Assembly (NCBI GenBank): GCA_051362555.1
Contig: CM120642.1
Location: forward strand, 18,848,001-18,912,000
Source of the DNA: Lingula anatina
Taxonomy: Eukaryota > Animalia > Brachiopoda
Reading direction: 5' to 3'
DNA: 64,000 bases
Shown: one piece after another, positions 11,490 through 25,537 of the stretch
Numbering within the stretch: the stretch's first letter is position 1
Layout: each line of letters opens with the position of its first letter
Position numbers and translations under genes: made by a program
The notes under the pieces: generated by a model
Databases searched by the model: none
Seen by the model: the letters and a program-made list of their open reading frames with translations, nothing else
What the model was told of the DNA's origin: nothing

Positions 11490-13482
11490 AGACAGCAGAC
11501 AGACAGACAGACAGACAGACAGAAAAGAAGATCATGATTGATAACTCAGTCCCATCAGTCCTCCATCAGACATGCAATCCGCCCACAGGCAGGCGGGTTA
11601 CAGCCAGCAAAAACAACTACTTTTTCATTTCTAAATCAATAGCACACTTATATTTTATCTTCAGAGACTTGATTAATCTTCTTCTAACATGACGTGATGG
11701 TTAAAGATCCTGAAAATAAGGTCATCAGACTGAAAATGAAAAAGCCCTGGATATTCAGAGACATCTGCAGTTTACGATCTCCGTAAAAATAAATTCTTAT
11801 TAAAGAAAGAGAAAGATACTTAGGTAAAATTTGACATCTAGTCACTTTTCAATCTCATTTTATTACACATAGCTTCCACAAGCAATTTTACTCACTGATA
11901 TCCATAAATTATGCAGACCATTGTTCTGGTGTACACCACCATCCTCTGCTAACTACCATCAGCAAAAATATGCCATTTCAATTAAACTAAAAGAAAATTG
12001 CTCAAGGCAAATGGTTTATCATACCAGCATTTTTTCCCAATGTATACTAGTACATACATGTACAACCTCGTGATGTTAAGATACACATTTGAAAATGTGC
12101 ACAAGTAATATTTTCTATGTCTATACATGCATATCCTGCAAAGCTACTTATAATATTTCCTAGTTCGAACCTTAAAATGATAGGAACCCCTCAACTGAAA
12201 GTATTTAAAGTATCCTATTTTGATATTTCCTACTGGAATAACAGGAAGACTATATAACAGTCTATATGTCTGGCCAGATATTAAAAATTAGATTATTTAA
12301 TTAGAAATGGCATAACACTTAAATCCAAGTGCAGGAATGGGCTGAACAATGATTCATGAGTGAGGAAAATCCATTTTTTCTGAAGAAAAACTAAATTTGT
12401 ATGGAAATCCCAGATCGGACACCTTTGATAGTATTGTTTGTGGTCACCATCATGTGCCTATTAGCTTCTTTTTTTTTAGACCGTTTTCTTGTAGTCCTTT
12501 GTATTGCAGAGACTTGAAGTATTTCAAAGACTTCTACCGGAGTGTTATTCCCATCCAAGAAAATCCATCTCTGATTGCCTAAGCTTCTTAATCAATGACT
12601 CATACCTTGGTAAGACATGCACGACGTGATGTTAAAGATTTCAATGAAATTGCCTCATGTCGTTTATTCTCAGTGGGCCAGGCATTAATGTTGCATTCAC
12701 AATGTTTATACTTCAGAGTCATGAATATCTATTGATCCAGAAATAAATATATTCTGCCATCCTGTGTTGCCTTATTCATTAGTTTAATGTCTGAAATTTA
12801 CATGTCCACGCATCAGCCATTTTTATTGTTCATGATTCTCTATAGCTGGGTCTTAAATCAAGCAAGCAATCATCTTTGGTGAAATGGTTAACTTTGCATT
12901 AAGCAAGTGAAACTCATCACCTGAGTTTGACAAGGAGCAGCAACTGTTGCCTTGTTGTTAAGAAATCACATTAGGCAGAACAAAAAGAGGGTAGATTTAG
13001 AGGGACAACGTGCATGAACATGTACCTGTGCATTTGAGTACATGCATATGCTTAAATACATCCTCTGTACTAAATGAACTATAAAATAAAGCACAAAACA
13101 AATACCATAATAGTCATCGAATCCCCCAGGTGCCCAAAAAAACTCTTAACACCGAATACATACATATAAATTTAGTTTCCATCCTTTACACATCATAAAT
13201 CCACAAACAATCCATGTACCAGCACAGACAAATGCACTAACATTTACTGATACCCCAGACTGAAAGTGGTGCCAGCGCATTATCTATCTATTGATTTCAA
13301 GTGTGTTTTACTCTTGGTGTGTCTATTATCTGCCATAAATATATTCCTGTTTCCTCCTCGTATTGATGTGGGCTTGTATTTATCAATGTGGATGTCTCAC
13401 TGCATAATTCTCCCCTATATGCTGGCTCAACACAACAACTGGTTTTATGGGAACACCATTATACACATCCCCTGTGCAACAT

Positions 13483-13656
13483 ACACATATTCACTCAGAC
13501 ACACATACATGTGCATGTGCACACACACATATTCACTCAGACACACATACATGTGCATGTGCACACACACATAGTCACCCAGACACACATACATGTGCAT
13601 GTGCACACACACATATTCACTCAGACACACATACATGTGCATGTGCACACACACAT
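13483..13656. repeat. 42-bp minisatellite, ~4 copies
   Basis: Unit acacatattcactcagacacacatacatgtgcatgtgcacac; tcactcag recurs at 13491 and 13533. Confidence 0.9.
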
Positions 13657-13736
13657 GCATATATAAACATGTTTTTTCTCTCTAGCAACATTTCTGATTT
13701 CTGACAATTTTCAGTATGACAAGATAACTGCTGATG

Positions 13737-13760
13737 GTGTGTGTGTGTGTGTGTGTGTCT

Positions 13761-13791
<31 letters not shown>

Positions 13792-13798
13792 CGCGTGT

Positions 13799-13845
<47 letters not shown>

Positions 13846-13852
13846 TATGTGT
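13737..13852. repeat. (TG)n microsatellite
   Basis: Direct reading. Confidence 0.9.
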
Positions 13853-13961
13853 GGAGGGGGGGGGGAGGAATATCTTTTCATAAATCAAACGTAAAAAGGT
13901 TATCACGTACTCCATTTTACCCCCAATACAAAATTTCCCCCTTGTCCCTGCTGGTCAACCT

Positions 13962-14290
13962 CTAGCAGATCAACTTACTCATGAATTGTATACCAGGAGT
14001 TCGAAACCACTAGCAGACCAATATTAACTTACGAAAACATACCAGAACATCACAAAACTACAAGCAGATCAACTAACTCATGAAATCTGTACCAAAATGT
14101 TTAACATGTCGACTAAGAGAATTTTGTACCGGGAGTTGGACATCACTTGCAGATCTACTAATTCATGAAATCTGTACCAGAAGTTTGACACCTCTACCAG
14201 ATCAACTAACACATCAAATTTGTACCGCAAGTCTGACTATCGTCAGCAGATCATCTAGTTCATAAAACCTGCACCAGGAACCCGACTACA
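13962..14290. repeat. Degenerate ~48-bp minisatellite, ~7 copies
   Basis: Recurring gcagatcaactaactcatgaaatctgtaccag-like unit (e.g. 13965, 14065, 14149, 14247). Confidence 0.7.
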
Positions 14291-15883
14291 TTATCTGACG
14301 ATCAACTCCCTTTTCCTGCTGTACTCCATAGTCTAACAAAAAATGTCATAAGCATCGATTCTGTCAGTCTATTAATTATTCAACTAGGAGCCAGTCAACC
14401 ATGGAATCAATCATCTATGTTGAAGTGTAATCTACCAAAAAGCACACAAATCAGATAAAAAAGTAATGGCTATGGATTTTCATTACAACAAGGAAATACA
14501 TAGGTTGCTACAGGCTTCACGTGTGATAAGTAATGCTCCTGTCTAAGAAACAGTCAATAATTTCTTTAAACCTTGTATTTGCTGAAGGTATTTTTTTTTT
14601 CAGAATATGAATGAATCTTGCTTTAAAGTGCATTTGAAACTCCCCCCCCCCAAAAAAAAAAAAACATTATGAAATGTCTGAAACTTATCTAAATATCAAA
14701 CCCTGCAATGGCAGTGGATGACATTCAATTTAATTTGCTCAAGTGAATAAAAACATTTTGTTGTCATCATTTACAGACAATGTGGTTTCTTTTGCTTCAT
14801 TTTATACATATCAAAAATAACATGAAGGCATTTCGTTATTGACTTCAAGTTTACAGAATTGAAAGGACAAATAGCAAGTTGTCTGCCAAAAGCAAGTACA
14901 CATTACGTACTTATAATCACTGCATGTATATCTAAGTACCTTCACAAATGTTAAATGGTTCCCACACTTAAAAACCAAGTGCTCCATACCAACAATGTGA
15001 ATGCTGAGCATTTAGGCAGAAAACATAAATTTTGTGGCATAACTTCTGTTTGAAAAACAATAGACTTACTGTTTTGTATTCAGGATAGGTTAACTTATTT
15101 GTTTTTCTTTTTTTCTTTAATCTCACAAGACCCTTTACCCAGCTATAGTGGCTTTTACATAATATTTTTTTAAAAAATCTTACTTAATATATGCCTCTCT
15201 TATGAAACACAACGCCAAAGTATGGGTTTATCGGTATCCAAGGCAACCAATCTGGATCGTGCATTGAAAACCCAAGTGGCAATTAATTTTTTGTTTAAAG
15301 CAGACATAACTCATCCCTCTATGATCAATATCCCAAACTTGTTGGATACCAACCACTTTTACCTTTGTGAAGAAAAGAGAAAAAGATGTTAAACAATGTA
15401 TGAGAAGCTTTCCTGGCTTGAGTCACATATGACAAAGTGAAAACTGAGAAATTTGAGGATGAAGCAAAAAATCAATTCATTTCATGTTCTGTTTTCTAGA
15501 CTCATCAGTGTAATATTATCATTCTTGTATGTAAAAGCAGAATATGAAACAGTTTGGTGTAGTTGTCAGTCTCACATTTTTTGTCGAAATGATTTTTTTT
15601 CTATGCTTAACTGAAATTTGTTTCTTTTACACTGCATAAATCTCAGTGTGAAAAGACATAACAGACACATTACTGTCTGTTGATCCATCCTCCATTTCTG
15701 TCTGTGCGTCCATCTGTCAGTCTGCCCAATAAATGCTATCCCTGCCCCCTCCCATATTAGATTACTAGTCTGGCTGTCTGTCTCTCTCTGTCAGTATGCC
15801 TCTTAATCTCTCTTTCTAACATATTACTATACCCTTCTGTCATTCACTTAGCCTCTTTTCAGTATCTCCATTCCTCCTATCAT

Positions 15884-16173
15884 CTGAGACGATTCGGATG
15901 CGAAAAAAGACTGCTTCGCTCTCTCACAAAAAGAAAGCTTACCTTTGTGGGGCACAATCTGAGGCCAACAAATGGAAAAATCACACTTATGGGAGCAGTA
16001 TATGGACCTTAAGGACATGGTAGACTTAAAACTCGATGCAGTAATGGTCTAACGGACCTCTGTGGGTCCATGGTTCAAGCAGACAGAATGGCACAAAACC
16101 ATTACCAGTGGAGTTTTTGTTAGGGGAGCCATGGCAGGTCGGCTCCGACCCTACAGTTCTTGATGATGATGAT
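15884..16173 (+). mobile_element. 3' fragment of an RTE-clade non-LTR retrotransposon
   Basis: Translates LRRFGCEKRLLRSLTKRKLTFVGHNLR...GKITLMGAVYG...GRLKTR...MVQADRMAQ, resembling RTE ORF C-termini (xxGHxxR, G-R-R-G-R-P-like), with frameshifts. Ends in a (GAT)n tail. Confidence 0.7.
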
Positions 16174-16961
16174 CCATTCTATATTACCCTTAGGTCTGTC
16201 TGTCTGTCACTCTGCCTATTACCCCCCCCCCCCCCCCACAACACCCTCCATCCATTCCCATGGCCTGAGTGCTTGCCCTGATTGGATTCTAATGATAGTA
16301 TCATTAGCTAGCACCTTATAATTTCCCCCATCTGCTTCCAATGTCATGATTCACCCTCACCTGGGAATACCATCAGCTTTCACTTTGAAAACCATCAAAC
16401 ATTAGAATAACTCCTGGCCACTGGGATATTACCAGTCTGTATTTCAACTGCCTGATGCTTTTTTTCTCATTTTACAGGCTGATGGTGTGTGTGTGTGTGT
16501 GTGTGTGTGTTCACGCGCGCGTGTGTGTGTGTGTGTGTGTGACGGTGTGTGTGTGCGTGTGTACACCAATGTATACCTGCCTGCAATCATACACGTAGTA
16601 TCTATAAATAAACTATTGAAATCTGTGGACAAGTTTTGAGAATACAAGAAACTGAAATGCACATTTAGTAAAAGATAAAAACTTTTAGTGACCATTTCAG
16701 CATAGGTGCCTGACCACTTGCAAGAGACTCTGATGAAACTTGGTCTGTGCATTGAACACATATGTTGAAAATAATAACAAAATCAGCCAGAGACAACAGA
16801 TATCATCACAACATTCAAACTAAGATACTCCCAATTCTTAGCTGTCAGTATCATATATTAAAACAGAAATCCATGAGATATTGAAAATTTTGTTTAGGAA
16901 GATGAGTCAAATATAAATAAAATATATAAAGTATATCAGTAAAAGATATCAAGTAACTCAC

Positions 16962-17069
16962 CGTCTAATACAAGGTAGGCAGGTGATCAGCCCTTCAGAT
17001 AAACTCTCCGGTGAGAACAATTTTTTCTTGGCTTGGAGATCATAAATGGATATCTTGGTTGGTTTCTAT
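16962..17069 (-). other. ANKRD50: Candidate 5'UTR exon of ANKRD50 (108 nt)
   Basis: Minus strand: strong acceptor tttttttctcttcag ending at 17070 and donor CGG|gtgagt (intron starting 16961). Lies between the ANKRD50 coding exon and the putative promoter. No transcript evidence. Confidence 0.55.
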
Positions 17070-19920
17070 CTGAAGAGAAAAAAATTAATAATATTTATTG
17101 TATATCTTATAACAAATACATTTCCTTGTATCAGTTGTATCCATATGTATATTAATTTTTAATTCAAAATGTTCCAGCTCATGTATGCAAATATGTTTCC
17201 AATTTTGAAGCCCCAATTTACAAAATGAAGAATAAATAAAGTTTCTTGATCTCAGTTTAAAAAGATTTCCACTCAACTTCAACAGGTGTAGCTTTACTAC
17301 TGAAATTCTGGACTCTTAAGATTTCAGGGCACATCTGTAAAAATAACAATACCCACACCATCTCCACATAACACCACTGCTGGGTCCCACCTGCCAAAGC
17401 TGGTCGTATTCACAACTGAACTAATTTACACTGGTTGTTAAAGCAATATCAGAAGAGACCAGACTACTTCACATTTGATATATATTTGCAAAAATCACTT
17501 GTGTATAATTTTTCTGTCTGGTTCTGTCATTTGGTCAGGTTTAAGTTAATCTGGATATGATTAAAAGGCACAGCTTTGTAACAAAATTATACCTATTTAC
17601 ATAAATCACAGTATGAGGTAAGGCAATCTACTGTTGACTGATTGCAATCAACCTACCTACACCAGGTCACAGGCATTAATAAGCAAGAAATTAAAGAAAC
17701 ACTCATCTGAGGTAAAACTCTTGCTTAAGTACAGTCCACGATGTGAACGCACTAGTTTTCTCATACGCAACACCTCACACTCTATCACAATGAAATGTTC
17801 TCATACTTGTGAGCCCCAGTCAGACAGAACGCCCAGGGTTCAGACACCTTACCTTTTATCTTTCCACTGACAGCAAAGAAAACATCAAACACTGCCTCTT
17901 CTGTGATGTTACTGCACTAAATGTGTTGCAGGGAGCCCCTAGCATAACCTAGCTGACTGTTAAGGCCGAGTTCAGTTAATATTTTATGTTGTCTGAACTC
18001 CCTTCTAAATATTGATTCTGAGTATCTTGCCTCCCTCCGACCTTTTTTTCTATTACGGTACCATTTATTTTTTACATCTCAATATAACACAAGCAGTTCA
18101 AAATGTACTGGTTTATTAGTGCAAAAGTTAAACTTGTCCTTGCAGAGCTGGGTATAGTAACTATAGTTGTGAAATTATGCAAATCAGTTAAAAATTGCTC
18201 CAGAGGTTTATAATTGTCAGCTGCACTAAGATGACCTTCTTGCATCTCAAACCAAGCCTTGAGTAAATTTACAATTTTACTCGTTAAAGTTATTACCTTC
18301 CTGCCCCAAGACCCCACCTGTAACCTATGGAAAAGACCTTTGGAAATTTTCATCTCAACTCTGCCCCAGTGTACTGAGAAAATGGAAGACTTAATCACAT
18401 ACATATTTTGGTTGATTATCCAATTGTGGTATCTGAAAGATTGAAACACAGCATTTTTGATTTTTCAAGATGATGGGTGCGTCTATATTTTTATCATTTT
18501 AGTCACTTCACTGACAAAGAATTGTCTTACCTTCCAGTATCTTAGCAGTGGTCATCTGTTTTTAAAAAACCCACATACAGTCAATTCCACAAGAGTAATG
18601 ACAGAACTTATACCACGGCTGGTGCTTCGAACAATAGGATAATTGCACAATAGGATAATTGCACTTGTATTTTCATGTGGCTGCGCCTCGATATACTTAT
18701 GCTCTTGTATGCTGCATACAGTGGACGACTCTTGTTGTAACTGTTACATATATCACACAACCTGTGCTTATTTGAAGCCTGTTGATAAAAAAAGCTAAAA
18801 CAATACAAACCTAAACACTAACAAAAGGTCCCTTGCTTCAAACTCCCGAACTTGAGCCCTGGTGCTTTCATAACTTAACTTGACATTAATTCTTTGAATC
18901 CATCACATCTCTCCAATTACAATAACAGAGCCAGGTGTAAATTCTAACCTCACGATCGAAAATTGGATCAACATCTGAGGCTAGAAAATGCCTCCTGTCT
19001 TTGTATCTGCCTGTGTTAGTTTAGAAATGATCTCAGGCCTTATATTACCAAGGGGAGACCTAAAATGATCCTCCAAGTTTAAAATCTATTGGAATCACAC
19101 TTTAAGCTTTGAAATGTCCGAAGATTTTTAAAAACTGTGTTATGGTCTTAAATCATCCTATAATTTCAAAATTTAGTGGAATGCTCCTTAACAATTAACT
19201 TGGTCAATTTAAAGGTGAGACAGGACCTCAGGATTAATCAGCATGGACTGACAGTTGAAGTTTTAAAAAGAAATATCCCTGACATACCCTTATGACACTA
19301 AACCCAGCTGCCTTCCTTGTGAAAATAGCTGAACATTTCTCACAATGGTTTTTACCTTAGCTGCCTTGATACTCAGGTGAGCGTTCAGGTGCATCTGTCA
19401 TAATAAGAAATTCCTGCGTAAAAATACATTAAAGGTTAATATAAAACCCATGATCCGACTGACCTTTTCGATAAAGATAGAGTAGGGGGTAGGTTTTCAT
19501 TTGGATATATCATAAAGAAACCGTCACGACTTTATTGATATCTTGCAATAACCAATCTCAAATCCTGTGAACGGAACATTTATCCATTGAGCAAATATTG
19601 ATTATGATTCATTTGTGTATAACCTAACACCCTTTTCACCCAAGCTGACTCTGTTTTTGTACAGGTATGTATTTTCATAAAGTCATGCACACAACATAAT
19701 GCAAGGAATGGTGAGAACCAAAACAAAGAGAAATTTTCACAATAAACCTGCCAGTGCCCAGAATGTTTGTAAACATTTTCACCTTGCTTACCTAAAACTG
19801 CTGAAAACCACACTCTGAAAACCATTAAAAAACTGTGTCCTACTGCTTTCTTATCACGATGTATTCTTTATGGCTCTTGGTAGTACAGAGTACTTACTTG
19901 ATATAACTGTGAACATTGAA

Positions 19921-20143
19921 AACTAGAAAAGCACTCAGAGAGTGCAGACCTCCGCCAAGGCAGCAACTTTTCATTATAATTGATTGATTATTGATCTGGA
20001 TCATCACCAAAAACTGATCACTTCTAAGTTAACCTATTTCTGACCTACCCTGAAAATTTCATCAAAATCGGTCCATAACTTTTTGAATTATGTTGATGAC
20101 AGACAAACAGGTGTGAAAACATAACCTCCTTGGCAGAGGTAAA
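19921..20143. mobile_element. Non-autonomous Helentron/DINE-1-like (HINE) element
   Basis: Starts aactagaaaagcactcagagagtgc (hairpin) with subterminal ctccgccaagg. Internal aaatttcatcaaaatcggtccataactttttga and gacagacaaaca. Ends with palindromic aacctccttggcagaggta. Confidence 0.75.
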
Positions 20144-22209
20144 TATCACAGCATTGTACAGAACTTTGCATCCTCACTTTCATCCAGCAATTCCCTGAGC
20201 ATAAGGTGTATTCTTAGTCCAGTTGGGACTGCTTAACCATAGAATGTACCATCTTGACAAATCATGTCTGCTTGCCATTCCCCACATTATTTGAATTTGC
20301 CAATTTTCCTGAATTTAAACAATAATAGGTGTGTCTACATAATGAGAATGAAAGTGCTGTGCTTTGGTAAAGAAAATCATAATCATCTAAACTTCTAAGC
20401 TAAATGGGTATTAACATGGGTATTGATATGCCACCAAAACGAGGTTTGAGTGCCTCTCAAACAGACAAAGTTTGATACAGTTAATCTCTAAATATGACAA
20501 CTTGCTCCAAATTGGTCAAGTTTGTCTTTGAAGTGCTTGGTTTTTGTACCTTTGCACAAAGTTTGGCTGATGGTCCATTTGGTTGTTTTCAACTGTGATA
20601 TATCAAAAGGAAAATTTACATTTGGAAAATACAGGACAGTCCTGATGCAAGCATATAAAGAAACAAAAAAATAAGATTTACTTCTGTTCTGTCCAATAAT
20701 ACCAACAAATTTTTATTCCACTTTTAAATGCATAGACCCTAAGATGAGCTTCCTTATGCTTTTCTATTTGCTTTCAAAAAGAAATTCATCAGTTCATATG
20801 AAGTGTTTGCATAAAGCCTGCATCCTTCTCTCCTTTTACAAAGTGAACCAAACCTGGATTGCCTTGGGGTTGGTTCAGTTGGACTAGTGTAAATGCTCCT
20901 TTCTTGACAACATGGATGTAGACACATTGATACCATAATCAGTCTGTACTGAACCTTGAGATATCAGTGTCACTAACCTTTTAAAAAAAAAATCCTTGTG
21001 TCTGTGTCTGGGACGCCATATCACACAAGTATAAAAGATAATTATTTTCAATATTCTCACACATATAAGGCTAATAATGCTGATTTTCTTGCACTTTTTT
21101 CGTAGTTTGTGATCAAAAACATGTCTGCACTTTCTTTCTCAATGATAAATCCAAAATCATCAGCATTAACATCCATCACTTTCACCTTAATTGAAAACTT
21201 GGTAATTATTGTTCTGTAGTCTCCATTCCCTGTCCGTCCATCTGACAGCCTTACTTCCCCACATACTCACTTTGAACAATCTTGCCCGCCACTTCTAATT
21301 TTAGGGATAAATATTCATTCAACCATACCGATCTTACATACTCGTCAGTACATGTCACTCCTATTTAAAGACTGATCCTTAAACTTCTGTAAACTGTATT
21401 ATCAGAGTATTAACGCAGCATGCATTGGTTAATAAACAAACCATGACTTAAAAATCAACAAAGCCTTTTAAACATTTGTCCTTTCATGAACTTCTTTAGG
21501 GGTAAGGGAACTACATACATATATAGGTGGGTATTTGTGGTGGTTTAATTCCAGTGCATGACCTTTAATTTTGGGTAAAGATTAAAGATCAACAATCTGT
21601 TAGGGTCATTAATTCCGTCCCCCCACAATGCATGATTTGATAAATTTATCAGTGCTGCAATTCAACCATGCTTTTGGGATTTTTTTGTAGCTTAATTACA
21701 TTAAATTTGTTTAATACCCCTTTCTAGGCTGGAGCATTAGACAGCATTTGAAATAATGGTAGTTATTTGATCCAAAGCACAACTTGTCACCACAACTTTC
21801 ACAAAACTTACTTATCACCTTAAGATGGGCTATTTAAATTCACTGTTCTATGACTTAATTTAATGAGTGTCAATGCTGAGTGAATGACATTTCTAACTCC
21901 ACTGCATGTAATTGACTTGACAAATCCAATGGTTCTAGATTGAAATTGACAAAATCCGCAACCTTCAAGCCATGGATCATTTCATAGCTGAAGCATTCAC
22001 CCAAATGTTCACGTCACCTTTTAAGGTCCATTGCTCTGCATACTTGATGGACACTGAACAAGAACCCAGTAAAAAGTTTCAAAAAACGGATGTTGGTCCC
22101 TTGAGTTTGAGAGAACACTAGAAAGGGCAGAGACATGCTGACAGTAGAAAGGTTGGGTTTTACTGCATCTCTGAAAATCTGGATGGAGAAAGCAGAGACA
22201 TGCTGTTTA

Positions 22210-22454
22210 GTTTCCAATACCCTCTAAAGGCTATCGGTCTAGGTAGATCGATCCAACTCCATGGGGACTCTTGCTGAGTGCAATTATATTGCAAGATTTA
22301 CATGCCTCCTCTTGTTTCCAACATACTCATATTACACCAGCTTTTCTGTAATCTACTCAACACCAGGAGGCAGCATGTTAATCTATCAATCTGATTGCAT
22401 TCAGCGAAGTTGGATCCATCTACCCAGACTGATAGTTTCATTGGGAATGGACCC
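22210..22454. mobile_element. MITE of the 9000-9270 family
   Basis: Shares atcggtcta...ccaactc..ggggactcttgctgagtgcaat and ctgattgcattcag...agactgat...tgggaatgg; flanks TTA/TAA. Confidence 0.65.
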
Positions 22455-24025
22455 TAAACCCTAGGGTACAGTGGAGGTGAGGGAATGATTTCTACCCTCT
22501 GATTTAATGGAATGTTTTATCTACAGAGTTTCCTTGGTGGTAGCCACAAGTCTCTGAAACTCATTGTTATCCATTCTTTATACACACTGGTCAAAACCAG
22601 AGATAATAGCTTCAAACTTCACATGACAAGAGTAGCAGTTTCAATATCTGTTTTCTTGAGGCACCAAAAAATTGTATTCATTTTGAATTTTGTTATTTAT
22701 TAAAATACATTACAGAAGTAGTTAAAAACTGTGGGGTTTAGAATCAAGAGTCTACAGATCATCTATACTGGAAGCCCTTCAAGTCTACAACAACATCATG
22801 AATCCCTAAAAAACCTTTGCCGCCTTTTTTTTTTAATCTTAAAATCTTACTTTAAATATCTAAGTCTTCCTCTGTTCCTCAAATCTTGTCTTCACAATTT
22901 CTCTTCACAAAAACCTGAAAAAAAGCAAAACTCAGATTTAGTCTAGCATTAAAACAATGAAGAAACTTGATGCGTGTCCAAAATACTGGAGCAATTATTA
23001 ATTAATAGAACAAATTTTAATATAATACATGATTCTGAAATTATAACATTAAATCTGTCATGCTCTAAAAAACTTTTCTTTGACTTTTCACCCATCCATC
23101 AATAATTTTTCTATAATTTTAAAACCAAATGACCATGATAAAATACAAAAACAGGCCATCTGAACTTACAAATCCTTGATTTCTGAACCACTTTTAAATA
23201 AGCTTCTCACTCTTCTGCACCAAATAACTATATACCAGTTCCCAACAAAATTCAGTGAATATATCCTGATATCCTCAATTCAAAGTACTTAGATCCCCTT
23301 TGATAAATAAGTCAATAACAATAACAATTGGCCCTTCCCACAAAATACGGCTTCCTTCTACAAAAGAACTTTACTGCACTACAGCAAGGCATTGGGTTAT
23401 TTCCCCATTGTTTGCCTTTGACTTAACAATAATAATACAAGTTAAACGAGATTAACGCCACGGCTGATCGCTCCCCTCTGTTACAGAATGGGTATACCAG
23501 TAACGGACGGCCACACCTTACTGGGCATGGAACAATAGCGCAAGTCAAACAATTACAAGTGAACTACATGTGCTGTCGCGTAAGTGCACTGATTCCACTA
23601 ACGGATTACTCCAACAGGGGTAAACTAAGTACAAAAGAGCCCTATACCACGTACTTGTTCAAACACTTAACTTCTTCAAGTGGTTGCGCTTTTATGAATG
23701 AAAGATTTCCACCTGAACAAGTTTAAGAGGTTGGCAGTAGTAGTTGTACTAGTAGTTTGTTACTTCATTCATGCATATATAGAGTTTAAAATATAAAAAA
23801 TATTAAAATCAAAAGAAACAGAAACAAAATGACCACACGAGGAGATTCATAGACATGCCTTGTGTCCTGCCAAAATATGCACATTTCAATGAATTGAAAC
23901 TTCACCTTCAAACCAGATATATATTCCAATTGATATCAGATGAAGAAGGACCACCAACTGGGCCTTAGTATCTAGAAAACATTGTTCAGCACTCTGGTTG
24001 TCTGACCAGATCTGTTTATTACTAA

Positions 24026-24198
24026 ACCACATTCAGAACAGCAGACTCACTAGTCCACGGATCAAATAGGCTGACCCACTTGAATACTTCCCCACGGGGA
24101 ATCTACTCAGTGACTACTAGCGGATTAGACAGCAAGCTTTTTAATCCGTTGCCATATTTGGCCGGCATACTAGTTAGTCCACTGTTCTGAACAGCGCC
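24026..24198. mobile_element. PIF/Harbinger-like MITE
   Basis: TIRs ttcagaacagcagactcactagt / actagttagtccactgttctgaa; flanks TAA/TTA. Confidence 0.6.
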
Positions 24199-24858
24199 TT
24201 AGTGGTGAATGCTGCCAGGAACTCCAACCAAGTCACCCATACTAGCAGAAAGGCCCTCACCAAAACATTATTACAGTGGACTGCAATCACGCCAGAATTA
24301 GTAGGTGTGTGAATGTGCATGCGCATGCATGCATTTGTCTGTGCACATGAACACTATATGTAAATCATACATAATACAAAATTCCTCACAGCTAGTCAAA
24401 TAGCAAGTTATTTGAGCCAAAAAATGGACACATTCAAAATGCCGGTGAATGATTATCATAACATTAAGAAATCTAAAAAATTGTCTCCCCTGTGGCATTT
24501 TTTTTATCGAGTTTTATATCATCTGACACTTAGCAAGTTCTGAACTTTTGTTCATGCCCCCGAGATATTATGAATTAATTGACAGCCAGTCCAAGAAATC
24601 ACATTTACCTATCAATTACCCTGTCAATAAAATTCTGATTACAATCCCAAGAGATATATTTGTTCGTAATTAAATTTATAGTTATCTCCCGGAGAAAACA
24701 CTAAGAACCTATATAACCACATACTGGTATACTTTCTCAATGATTCCACATTCTAATAATCAGCGTCTAAGTCAAATTTTGATTCCTGTCAAAAGCGCAT
24801 TCTTTTGACCTCCGCTTACCCCCATGTTTGATAGAATTCAAGTCATTTCAAATAGTTT

Positions 24859-24862
<4 letters not shown>

Positions 24863-24908
<46 letters not shown>
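24863..24908. repeat. (CA)n microsatellite
   Basis: Direct reading. Confidence 0.9.
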
Positions 24909-24912
<4 letters not shown>

Positions 24913-25383
24913 GTGGTCCCCTATCTACTTGGGTATATGGCTAGCATTGTAAATCTTATCTATGCTCATAATATATATACACATTACAATTACCGAATGA
25001 AATAGACATAAAATCCAAACAAATATCAAAGATATATTAATAACTGTCAAACTTCAAGCAAATTAAAGGAAACAGCGTCTCATGCCTATCTCCTGAGAAA
25101 GGAAGGTAGACAGAAGGATGATAAACTGTGTAACCCGCAGGGAGTTGGTGCCAGCTTGCCAATAGATATCACTAGAACAGTCTGATATTAGGTTAAGCTT
25201 CAGGATGCTAGCATTTGATTGCAATTGCCCATGCAAGCACTTGTTCTCATCAGATGAAACTTTGAGATGCTGGTCTCGATTGCAATACCCCTTCATGTAA
25301 TCCCTCCATTATTCTGACCCCCACCCCATTCCCCCCCCCCCCCCCCAACCCCCCAGTACTGAGGACCTAGCTACTCAGTAACT

Positions 25384-25537
25384 CCGGGGCTCCGTATCTC
25401 GAAAGGTTCGCTATGTTGCGCATGTGCGTTAGTGTCTCGATTCCATAACCGATTCTATTTCGAGATACGGGGCCATGGAATCGAGACACTAACGCACGTG
25501 CGCAACATAGCGAACCTTTCGAGATACGGAGCCCTGG
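25384..25537. mobile_element. Palindromic MITE with an extra internal TIR
   Basis: ~60-bp arms ggctccgtatctcgaaaggttcgctatgttgcgcatgtgcgttagtgtctcgattccat / atggaatcgagacactaacgcacgtgcgcaacatagcgaacctttcgagatacggagcc; ACT on both outer flanks. Confidence 0.8.

Noticed and set aside
13962-14290. CRISPR-like repeat-spacer appearance
   Set aside because: Animal intron, no cas genes, repeats not identical and spacers homologous to each other.
13730-16560. Two (TG)n tracts preceded by the same gctgatgg
   Set aside because: Only 8 bp shared, with no further flank homology; chance or an unresolvable old repeat.
21175-21420. Possible minus-strand LINE remnant
   Set aside because: Translation too degenerate to assign any motif.
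23440-23620. Locally CpG-richer patch (also ~33910-34150) as alternative promoter
   Set aside because: No convincing motif cluster or donor; needs CAGE/ATAC data.
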